Source: an uncultured Acidimicrobiia bacterium (GTDB lineage Bacteria; Acidobacteriota; Terriglobia; Versatilivoradales; Versatilivoraceae). Taken from it: a DNA stretch of 64,000 nucleotides. The notes below the pieces were generated by a model. The model was not told the origin of the DNA. It saw nothing but the letters and a program-made list of their open reading frames with translations, and did no database searches. This document shows positions 18,306 to 27,219 of this stretch, in pieces (position 1 is the first letter of the stretch; the number at the start of each line of letters is the position of its first letter). The translations under genes and the position numbers were made by a program. The stretch lies in NCBI GenBank assembly GCA_963786955.1, contig CAWBAT010000008.1, forward strand, positions 1-64,000, read 5' to 3'.

Positions 18306-19085
18306 TCAAAGCAGTGCCAGCAAAAGTCGAGTGATGAAAAAATCTGTGACAAATATGAGAATCATTGATGAAACAACCGAGTTTGTTGTGGATCGTCCAA
18401 CGCCTTGAGTTCCCCCGTATGTGGATAATCCACAATAGCACCCTACCAGCGAAATAATGAATCCGAAGATCGGTGGTTTCACTAAACCTTGAATGAGGTC
18501 GTTATAACTGAGTTGTTCGTAGGTGGAAGAGAGGTATAAGCCCGGATTGATTCCGAGAAGAAAATAGGCCACAAAGAACCCTCCCATGATCCCCACAATG
18601 TCACAAACAATCGTGACGACGGGCACCATGGTAATCGCAGCAAACACCCGGGGAGTGACCAACTTCCGGGTCGGATCGGTTCCCAGAGCTCTCATCGCAT
18701 GGATTTGCTCGCTCACTACCATGGATCCTAATTCCGATGCAATCCCCGAACCAATCCTCCCAGCGACAACCACTGCGGTCAACACAGGTCCCAATTCCCT
18801 GACGAGTGAAACGGAAACCAATTGCCCGGTGTAGGCAATGGCTCCAAAGGATGAAAGTGTCTTAGAGGTTTGTAGAGCGAGGACCGCACCCGTAAAAAAA
18901 CCAGTCAGCGCCGTAATTACCACAGACCCCACCCCGATAATATCCATCTGTTCAAAGGACTCACGGAGATAGATCGGCATGCTGAATAAGTTGAGAATCG
19001 AACGCACACCCATCATCGTGAACGATTGAACGACAAGGACCGTTTCTTGCAATGAGGTAGCCGTCTTATTAGTTAATGGTTCCAT
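18306..19085 (-). CDS. mlaE: MlaE family ABC permease
   Basis: RELGPVLTA, AGRIGSGIASELGSM and GVGRSTT motifs. Confidence 0.92.
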   Translation of the reverse strand: MEPLTNKTATSLQETVLVVQSFTMMGVRSILNLFSMPIYLRESFEQMDIIGVGSVVITALTGFFTGAVLALQTSKTLSSFGAIAYTGQLVSVSLVRELGPVLTAVVVAGRIGSGIASELGSMVVSEQIHAMRALGTDPTRKLVTPRVFAAITMVPVVTIVCDIVGIMGGFFVAYFLLGINPGLYLSSTYEQLSYNDLIQGLVKPPIFGFIISLVGCYCGLSTYGGTQGVGRSTTNSVVSSMILIFVTDFFITRLLLALL

Positions 19086-19185
19086 GGGCACTTAAAGAAT
19101 CGGGAATACGGCTGTCAAAATAAACTCACTTGTTAGGATAGCCGTTTTGATTGAGAATTTCACCTGGTCATGAGAAGAGAGATCT

Positions 19186-19420
19186 TATCGCTGTTTGCTA
19201 ATTAGAGCGACAATTTTGGAGATTGTTTCATTTGACACTTCGGCCCTCACTGCGTCCGCCGTTCGGCGGGCCACCCCTCTCTCCAATGGGAGAGAAGATG
19301 TGAAAGGATCGGCTGTAGCGGCGGTCTGTGACCGCCGGATTCTTTTTATTTCAACGACTTGGTCGGCGCTCATAGAGCGCCGCTACAATTTCTTCATAGC
19401 TTCAGAGACTGGGGGTGAGA
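19186..19420. mobile_element. nested repeat: TA-type end, CCCTC..GAGAG hairpin, and MITE family A (19294-19403) with a GTAG-REP pair
   Basis: 19186-19250 matches the reverse complement of 47845-47907 and 55766-55830; MITE ends gaagatgtgaaag / tttcttcatagcttc with AGA duplication. Confidence 0.72.
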
Positions 19421-19663
19421 GGTCGGTCACTCAATACTGCAATCCTCAATAAATCCTTTCGCCAACCAGTATTGTCCTGCCTTCATCAAGGTGACGACGG
19501 AATGGGGTCAGGGGAAGGAATGGTAATCGAATCCGAAAAAATTAGTCAAGGAAGCTTCCTGAGCCAAAAAAAATTGGGAAATGGAGAACCCGGATGCTAT
19601 ATTTTAAAATTAAGTTCCATCTTATTGTGAGGCTTCTGAGGGCCTCAGAGTGTAGCAAGGGCA

Positions 19664-20173
19664 ATGATTCTACCTATCCTTAAATACGGGGATCCCATTT
19701 TGCACAAAGTTTGCGAACCGGTGACGGTTTTTGATAGAGATCTTGAAAGGCTCGCCAAGGATATGGTTGAAACGATGTATGGGGCCCCTGGAGTCGGCTT
19801 GGCTGCCCCCCAGGTCGGGGTCCTCAAACGGTTGATTGTTTTGGATGTCACGGTCGGGCAGAAGGAAGGAAATTTAATCACTTTGGTCAATCCCGAGATC
19901 ATTGTTGCCGAAGGAGAGCAGCACGAAGATGAGGGCTGTTTGAGCATCCCTGAGTTCACAGCCAAGGTGCATCGCCCCTACCGCGTTGTTGTGTCCGGAA
20001 AAGATACACACGGCAAAGAAACGGTGATCGAAGGCGAGGGATTGTTATCCCGGGTTCTTGCTCATGAAATCGATCATCTGAATGGGATTCTCTTCATCGA
20101 TTTACTCAGCTCTATCAAACGCGACATCATTAAAAGGAAGATCCGAAAGAAAGTGCGCGCCGGGGAATGGTGA
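19664..20173 (+). CDS. def: peptide deformylase
   Basis: GVGLAAPQ, EGCLS and HEIDHLNG motifs. Confidence 0.97.
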   Translation: MILPILKYGDPILHKVCEPVTVFDRDLERLAKDMVETMYGAPGVGLAAPQVGVLKRLIVLDVTVGQKEGNLITLVNPEIIVAEGEQHEDEGCLSIPEFTAKVHRPYRVVVSGKDTHGKETVIEGEGLLSRVLAHEIDHLNGILFIDLLSSIKRDIIKRKIRKKVRAGEW

Positions 20174-21117
20174 TGCGGCTCGTTTTCATGGGAACCCCCC
20201 AGTTTGCCATTCCTTCTTTGAAGAAGCTCCTTGGAAGCTCCCACCAGCTTATTGCCGTATTTACCCAGCCCGATCGACCCGCTGGCCGGGGTGAAAGAAT
20301 CGCTGCCCCCTTGGTGAAAGTGCTTGCCGAGCAGCATGGAATCCCGGTCCACCAGCCGGAGAAGCTCAAAGAAGAAATTTGGAAAGAGACATTCCGCGAG
20401 ATTCATCCAGATGCCTTGGTGGTGGTCGCTTTTGGGAAGATACTACCTCAATGGTTGCTTGAGATTCCACCCTTGGGCGCTTTCAATCTTCATGCTTCGT
20501 TGCTCCCAAAATATCGGGGTGCAGCCCCTGTTCAATGGGCGGTCGCGAACGGGGAAAGCGAAACGGGCGTGACGATCATGAAGCTTGATCAAGGATTGGA
20601 TACGGGCGATATCCTGCTTCAAGAGAGCGTTCTCATCGCTCCACAAGAGGCAGCGGTTGATCTGCAAGAGCGTCTGGCTGGAATCGGGGCCGATTTGCTC
20701 CTCCATGCAATCAACCTGCTTGAATCCGATAAATTGCATCCGGTGAAACAAGATTCCACTTTAGCGACCTATGCGCCTTCTCTTAAGAAGGAAGATGGGC
20801 TGATTCGCTGGGACCAGTGGACTGCTCATGAAACTTACAACCGGATCAGAGCCTTTAATCCATGGCCCGGTACCTACACCCTGATCAATGGCCAAGTCCT
20901 GCGCATTTGGAATGCGATTCCGCATGTGAGCGTTCCTGGCGTCCATTCTCCGGGAACGTTGGTCCAGGGTTCGCCGGAAGGTCCCATTGTCGCTTGTACT
21001 CGGGGCTTCTTGAGACTTATCGAGGTTCAGCTGGAGAATCGAAAAAGAATGGCTGCTACGGAGATGTTCCATGGATTGCGGATCACTAAGAATCAATCCG
21101 TTTCGCTGGGAAAATAA
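20167..21117 (+). CDS. fmt: methionyl-tRNA formyltransferase
   Basis: FMGTP, TQPDRP and NLHASLLPKYRGAAP motifs; follows def. Confidence 0.97.
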   Translation: MVMRLVFMGTPQFAIPSLKKLLGSSHQLIAVFTQPDRPAGRGERIAAPLVKVLAEQHGIPVHQPEKLKEEIWKETFREIHPDALVVVAFGKILPQWLLEIPPLGAFNLHASLLPKYRGAAPVQWAVANGESETGVTIMKLDQGLDTGDILLQESVLIAPQEAAVDLQERLAGIGADLLLHAINLLESDKLHPVKQDSTLATYAPSLKKEDGLIRWDQWTAHETYNRIRAFNPWPGTYTLINGQVLRIWNAIPHVSVPGVHSPGTLVQGSPEGPIVACTRGFLRLIEVQLENRKRMAATEMFHGLRITKNQSVSLGK

Positions 21118-21119
21118 AC

Positions 21120-22451
21120 GTGGCCATTTCACCAGCTCGACACACCGCCTTTCGAATCCTCAAGAAAATTCTGCTTGAGGAGGGATATGCTTCGGAACTG
21201 TTGCACTCGGGATCGACCCAAGGACTGAAAGAGGAAGACAAAAGATTAGCGACTGAATTGGTTTTTGGCGTTGTCCGCCATTGCCAGTTGCTGGACTGGT
21301 TGCTGAGCGCCCATAGCCAAAGGGGTTTAAGTAAGTTAGACCCGGAAGTTCTCTTGGCGCTCCGCCTGGGGATCTACCAGATCCTCTTCCTGACACGGGT
21401 CCCACCTCGCGCCATTGTTCATGAGTCTGTTGAACTGGTGAAGCACGCTAAACTGGCGTCTGCAGCCGGTTATGTCAATGCCGTCTTAAGAAAAATCGAC
21501 AAACAGGAGGCTCTCACACGAATCCATGAACTCCCTTTGGATTCAGCAGGAGGACTCAGCATCCGGTTCTCCCATCCGGAATGGCTTGTCGAGAAATGGA
21601 TTCATCAATTTGGACTGGAACTTGCAAAACGGTTGCTGGAACACAACAACACCCCTCCACGCACCTTCTTTCGGATCAATTCTCCTCACTTAACTCAAAC
21701 GGCTTTGATGGACAAGTTAACGGAGGCAGGAGTCAAAGTCCGACCCCATGGGCTTTCGAACGACATCCTTGAAGTTATTGAGGGAGATCTGAACAAGACA
21801 GAACTGTTTCGAGAGCATGCCATTCACATCCAAGACTCCGGTTCTCAACTCATTCCTACCCTATTGGCTCCCGAGCCTGGGGATTGCTGTTTGGACCTCT
21901 GCGCTGGGCTAGGTGGAAAATCCGCCCAGATCGCCCGTTTGCAAGGAGGACGCTCAAGTATTTATGCCGCAGACCTACACTGGAAACGGCTTCGGCTGGG
22001 TAAGGAAATGCATGCCAAACACTGGCCGTGCCTTCGCTGGGTGGCTGCTGACGCAACCCGGCCGCTTCCGTTCCGCATCCTTTTTGACAAGATTTTGGTC
22101 GATGTCCCTTGTTCGGGAACCGGGACGTTGCAGCGCCGCCCTGAGATTCGCTGGCGTCTCCGGCAGACTCAACTGGCAGAGTTTCAGGAACTGCAAGTCG
22201 CTTTGCTATCCAACGCCGCGGCCCATTTGAAGACTGGGGGAACTCTCGTCTATTCAACTTGTTCATTGGAACCCGAGGAGAATGAGCAGGTGATTGAGAG
22301 GCTGATCCAGAGTCAGCCGGCATGCTTTGTGGAACTAGCTCGAGAAGGGCCGCTGAAGCCGCTGTTCACTAGCAGCATGTATCTAACCCTCTTCCCTCCG
22401 AATACAAGCACCGATGGATTCTTCGCCGTCATCATTCGGAAAAAGAACTAG
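21120..22451 (+). CDS. rsmB: 16S rRNA m5C967 methyltransferase RsmB
   Basis: NusB-like N-terminus, DLCAGLGGK, DVPCSGTG and YSTCS motifs; def-fmt-rsmB synteny. Confidence 0.92.
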   Translation: MAISPARHTAFRILKKILLEEGYASELLHSGSTQGLKEEDKRLATELVFGVVRHCQLLDWLLSAHSQRGLSKLDPEVLLALRLGIYQILFLTRVPPRAIVHESVELVKHAKLASAAGYVNAVLRKIDKQEALTRIHELPLDSAGGLSIRFSHPEWLVEKWIHQFGLELAKRLLEHNNTPPRTFFRINSPHLTQTALMDKLTEAGVKVRPHGLSNDILEVIEGDLNKTELFREHAIHIQDSGSQLIPTLLAPEPGDCCLDLCAGLGGKSAQIARLQGGRSSIYAADLHWKRLRLGKEMHAKHWPCLRWVAADATRPLPFRILFDKILVDVPCSGTGTLQRRPEIRWRLRQTQLAEFQELQVALLSNAAAHLKTGGTLVYSTCSLEPEENEQVIERLIQSQPACFVELAREGPLKPLFTSSMYLTLFPPNTSTDGFFAVIIRKKN

Positions 22452-22679
22452 CCGCGAATGAACGCAAATAAACGCGAATTATCTCCAATTTGAAAAACTT
22501 GGAAGAAAATAGGAAATAGCAAATAACCAATAAACGATAACAAATGGCCACCTGAATCTTCGTCAAATGGGATATGAACGATGAACAATGATAAATGAGA
22601 ATATTCCCCGTGTTCCCCGTGGTTTAAAGTCTTTTCTGATCTTAGATTTTGAAATTCATTTGCGTTTATTTGCGGCTAG
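22448..22679. repeat. inverted element built from short tandem units
   Basis: ctagccgcgaatgaacgcaaataaacgcgaat versus atttgcgtttatttgcggctag; internal 7-mer and 9-mer tandem units. Confidence 0.6.
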
Positions 22680-22736
22680 TTCTTGTTACTGAGCAGTCCC
22701 CGTGGTTGAATTTTTGTGCGTCCTAACACGGAAGGC

Positions 22737-23879
22737 TCACCGGAGGAAGAATCCGATGACAATCAAGACGCAGGCCAGTGAGAGGCTCAGGCGAAATGTT
22801 TTCAAATGATTCATCTTCATCCAGCTCCAAAATTTTGCGAGTAGGATCATCAGAACGACCATCCCCAAGGTCAAGGCGATACATTGATTGACTGACATCG
22901 ATTGCCCCAACACGTCATAAACAGTGTCACCCCGATATGGGAGTCGATAAATAAGAAATAGATGTGCCACATAGACCATTAAGGATTCGCGACTCACTAC
23001 CTGCAACCAGCTCTCGCCGACAAATCCAGCCTGTTGCAGTATACGGCAAAACACAACCAGAGCGAGTACGTATCCCAGTCGCATTCCCCAGAAATGAGGC
23101 TGCGCGCGAATATTGCTGGAGACGTAGTACATTTGGAAATGAAACAATTGGGGCCAATGGCCGGCCACGATTAAAAGGATGGCGGCAATGCTTAAGTACA
23201 GAAAAAATTGGCGTTCCTTTTTTGCTTCAAGGAATCGAGAGTGCCGCATGGCACAAGCTGCGCCAATGCCGAAGAAACCCAGCCAGGGGAACAGAGGAAA
23301 GTAAGCATAGTTGCCTTCTTGAAAATAACTGGTCAGAGGAACAGGAACTCCATGAGGGAATCGAAGCTCCCAGATCCACGGTGTCGCGAAAACAATGGCG
23401 AGGCTGGCTGCCCACAAGAAAAACTCAAAGGATCCGTCCCGCCGGAAGAAGATTCTGCCAAAAAGGAGAATGAGTAAGCCAATGGCAATGCAGTGGAGGA
23501 TGTCTACGGTGTAAAACCTTTGCCAGTCTGCCCGGCTGGTCCAGTAACGGACAATGGAGTAGGAATACTTCGGGAAGTGCAGGCAATATCCAAGGATCCA
23601 GATCTGCGCGATCCTCCACAACTGCTTTCGGAAGGCGGGTCCGAAGTGTCGAAAATCTTCCACCTTGCGACGGCTCGCGGCAATGAACACCCAGCCTGAA
23701 ACAAAGAGGAACGAAGGAGCAACCAGGCCATTATAGTAGTTGAGCTCGGTGAACCAGGCCTTGCCCCTGATTGCGGTGTCCAGGAAGGCGTTGAACACAT
23801 GGGTTTCAATCATTGCCAGAATGGCAAACCCACGCAGTAGATCAATAAAAACCAGACGAGAAGAGCGGTTAGAGTCCAC
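22737..23879 (-). CDS. DUF1624/HGSNAT-like membrane acyltransferase
   Basis: RLVFIDLLRGFAILAMIETH, DILHCI and FPLFPW motifs; multiple TM segments. Confidence 0.75.
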   Translation of the reverse strand: MDSNRSSRLVFIDLLRGFAILAMIETHVFNAFLDTAIRGKAWFTELNYYNGLVAPSFLFVSGWVFIAASRRKVEDFRHFGPAFRKQLWRIAQIWILGYCLHFPKYSYSIVRYWTSRADWQRFYTVDILHCIAIGLLILLFGRIFFRRDGSFEFFLWAASLAIVFATPWIWELRFPHGVPVPLTSYFQEGNYAYFPLFPWLGFFGIGAACAMRHSRFLEAKKERQFFLYLSIAAILLIVAGHWPQLFHFQMYYVSSNIRAQPHFWGMRLGYVLALVVFCRILQQAGFVGESWLQVVSRESLMVYVAHLFLIYRLPYRGDTVYDVLGQSMSVNQCIALTLGMVVLMILLAKFWSWMKMNHLKTFRLSLSLACVLIVIGFFLR

Positions 23880-24048
23880 GTTTGAATTCTATTCAGCGCC
23901 GCTGAACAATTGAGGGTAGCCTCATTTGCAGAATAGAGAGAACGGAACTGCATTGTATCACGAGATGGAGAACACTAGCGGCAGACCTTGGAAAGGACAA
24001 GGACTGTGACTGGGGATTGATCCTCTTCGAACGTGTTGCGGACAATCA

Positions 24049-24506
24049 GTAGGGACAGGCATCCTTGCCTGTCCATTTTTTGAAAGGATGCTTTCCTCTT
24101 AAAAGCCTGGAAAATTCTCTTGTTAGGAACTCGGAGGAAAATGGGAACGAAATGCTTGTTTAGAATGGAGCTGAGTCAGCGCCGGGTTGGCCTGGCGGCC
24201 AACGACAGACAGAGATGCCTGTCGCTACCACAACGCCGCCAGCGTCCTGCCTGCGTCACAAGGCTATGTTACGGGTGGTAGCCACGATTGACGCGTTTTT
24301 TGCGGCTATCGTGGGCTGTTGAATTTGCGGGCGAAAAACTTGTAGGCGATGTCCTCGAACTGCCCACGATTAAACGCAAACCGCTCGTTTAATCGTGGCT
24401 ACCCATAATGTTCAACTTCCATTAACCCCTCGATTCATCGAGGGGTTAATAAGAACGTTCTAGCTCTCTCCTCAAAAAAGGTAGGGCAGGTTTAAACCTG
24501 CCCTAC
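24049..24506. repeat. cluster of REP-like palindromes
   Basis: gtagggacaggcatccttgcctgtc, gtagccacgatt..., aatcgtggctac, attaacccctcgat-tc-atcgaggggttaat, gtagggcaggtttaaacctgccctac. Confidence 0.85.
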
Positions 24507-24571
24507 TTCTCAGGCGGGTGATGGGCTCAGTCATCATGACCATCACCATGATGATGATCGCAATCGTCGAC

Positions 24572-26035
24572 TTACTGCGAACCATCGTTCTGCGCCCACG
24601 AAATGAAAACCTGGGCAATCGATCTCCCAAGCTGCACACCAGCAACGTTGTCCATCTGGTAGTGAATGCCAGCCCAAATTCTCGAGTCGCCGGCTTCCTT
24701 GCCAACGGCTCGAATGAAATCTGCATGTGCCGGGAACAAGTACGCCAGGATCTCGGACCGAGCGGCCGAGAATGTCGAGTGGTTCGAAGGGTAACTTGGG
24801 AAAGTAGGAACAGGGAACAGCGGTATGATAGCCGGATCGAGCTGAGGCGGCCTGATGTACCAGTAGGTGAACTTGCCGTCTTGACTTGCGATAAAGGCAT
24901 CGAAGAGCACAGCTGCGATCAGCGCGTATGCCCGCGCGGCGCGAGGCGGATTCTGATCCAGCCTGTCTTCAAAGATCCATTTGTCCGCATAGCCGGTAGG
25001 GCCAGGTTTGTAGACCTTCCGGGCTTTGCCAGTAGAATGCTTTGTAGTTGGTCACGAATGTTCGCGGAAAGTTGCGAACCGCTGCTGTCTCGGCCAGCAC
25101 TTCGGGCGAATCGCACGCCGGCGGAGCCGGCGGGTCTGAATTGGCTCGGCGAGGTCAGCAGCAAAGGTTTCCAGTTCGCGGCGGTGACGTTGCCGGGATT
25201 GGTACCGATCCATTTACACGGGCCAGTCGGAACGCTGCCTGTCCAGACTGGCATCCGAGCCATCCGCCTTGGCTTTCGCGATGACTTGCTCGGCCACTTT
25301 CCGCCCAAGTGCGAGTCCGGCATAGTAGTCGCTCGGGTATTGCAGGCCGGCCTGCACGCGAGACCAACCTGCCTGTTCAGCCATGGTCTGAAACGACTGT
25401 GCTTCCGCCGGCAGAAAATAGGCGAGAACAGCTGCTGCAGCCTGCGCCGCCGCGGCGTGCTCAGACGGATACGACGGGCTGTTGGGGACAGGCAATGCGG
25501 TGGGTAGTTTGTGATTTAGTTCGCTCGGGCGAGGCCGATTGTAGAAATACTTCGATTCCCACGTCGCAATCGTCGCGTCATACATCGCGAGTGCTACGTA
25601 CGTGTACACTCGGTGTGGATAGGGTGTCGTGGCTATGCCGGCCAGCACTCGAGCGTTGATCAAATCAATCCAGCGATAGGCTGGGGCGCCAGCGTCCCAG
25701 AATGCGATCTGTTGCATGGTTTGTACGTCGTTTCGGCTGATCAGGTCAGCTAGCGACCTCAATTCAGCTCTTGTCTCCGACGGTCCCGGAGGTGGCGGAA
25801 CGCGTAAATCTTTGCCCGATGAAATGACCCAGGTTTGCCAGTTTCCTGCATTCGGCTCAATTTGATTGTTTGGTTCCGCCCTCAGCGGCAATGTGACAGC
25901 CAAGGACACAAGGATCGCCAGTGTCAATGGCATTAAGATCAAGTGGAGCACAGTGAATCTGTCTATTGTTCCTTTAAAGAGACGGTGGCTGAAACTCTTG
26001 TTTCTATCTGTTACTGCAAATGCTATGCCTGACAT
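24572..26035 (-). pseudogene. tandem PAP2 / vanadium-haloperoxidase-like protein, broken by three frameshifts
   Basis: Two copies of KY/F.Y..RP...PSYPS.H...SR..AG.H/QY..D; frame jumps near 25250, 25128 and 24990. Confidence 0.75.
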
Positions 26036-26449
26036 AGAACATTCTCCTTATTATTTGTTGGGGTTGCTGTCATTCGTTCATAGACTCTATTGCCGCAACC
26101 ATTTACAACAAAGCCTCAAAGGGGGGATATGTTGATTGGAGATTTTTTGCCATGACCCGGTCCTAACGACATAACCAAGAGCATTACTAAGTTGCAGAAA
26201 TCTTCGTTATAGATAGCTCCGCTGGGGCTGGCCGGGGTCAGACAGGGCTCAACGAACCCGCTACAACAGTTACTGGCGCAACTCAGCACTAGGCTCAATT
26301 AAGTGAATTTTGATTGGGGACTCGATTTTTCCCTGTTCAACCTATATAGGCGGGAATTGGGGCGAAAAAGGGTAATAGGGGTGCAGATTTTTTTTAGGAG
26401 TGCTATAATCTGGCTGCCTCAAAAATCTCTGAAACAAATTGTCAATGTC

Positions 26450-27028
26450 ATGGATGCACCTCCCTCTCCGGAAGTGACCCAACTATTATTGGCCTGGAGT
26501 CAGGGGGAACAGGGATCTCTGGACAAACTCATTCCTTTTGTCCACGAAGAGCTCAGTCGCCTGGCGCATTATTATATGAGTGGCGAGCGAGACGGCCATA
26601 CTCTGCAAACCACGGCCCTCGTCAATGAGGCCTATCTCCGTTTGGTGGATGTGGGCCAGGTGCGTTGGCAAAATCGAGCGCATTTCTTTGCCGTCTCTGC
26701 CCAGCTCATGCGACGTATCCTGGTGGATTTTGCCCGCTCGCGAAATTATCTTAAACGGGGAGGCGCCATTCAGCAGGTGTCATTGTCGGAAGAGATGGTG
26801 ATCTCCGAAGACCCGGAAGAAGATCTGATTGCGCTCGATGAAGCCTTGAACGCTTTAGCAGCCATCGATGAAAGGAAAAGCAAAGTTGTGGAATTGCGTT
26901 TCTTTGGCGGTCTGACCGAGGATGAAACGGCCGAAGTGCTCAAGGTTTCTTCTGAGACAGTAACGCGCGACTGGCGGCTGGCGAAGGTCTGGCTGCTCAG
27001 GGCATTGGAAGGGAAATCGAAGGAGTGA
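26450..27028 (+). CDS. ECF sigma factor (TIGR02999-like)
   Basis: VTQLLLAW, HTLQTTALVNEAYLRL, QNRAHFFA, VVELRFFGGL and RDWRLAK motifs. Confidence 0.92.
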   Translation: MDAPPSPEVTQLLLAWSQGEQGSLDKLIPFVHEELSRLAHYYMSGERDGHTLQTTALVNEAYLRLVDVGQVRWQNRAHFFAVSAQLMRRILVDFARSRNYLKRGGAIQQVSLSEEMVISEDPEEDLIALDEALNALAAIDERKSKVVELRFFGGLTEDETAEVLKVSSETVTRDWRLAKVWLLRALEGKSKE

Positions 27029-27060
27029 CGATTATTCCTGGGAGTGCGCGAGTGGCAACT

Positions 27061-27170
27061 AGTCCCCTCTCGGGAGGGGTGGAAGCCGATAGGCTTCCGG
27101 GGTGGGTCGTCGCTAAAGTCATGAACCCACCCCTGGCGCTTCGCACCTTCCTCTCCGTCGGAGGGGACTT
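27061..27170. repeat. REP-like inverted pair between sigma and kinase
   Basis: agtcccctctcgggagggg...ggggtgggt / acccacccc...ggaggggact. Confidence 0.7.
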
Positions 27171-27219
27171 CGGACGACAGGCGTGGACGCCTGTCGCTAC
27201 TGCTGTGCTGGATTAACTC

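Noticed and set aside
24518-25507. 329-aa plus-strand ORF
   Set aside because: Antisense to the PAP2-like gene and has no recognisable motifs.
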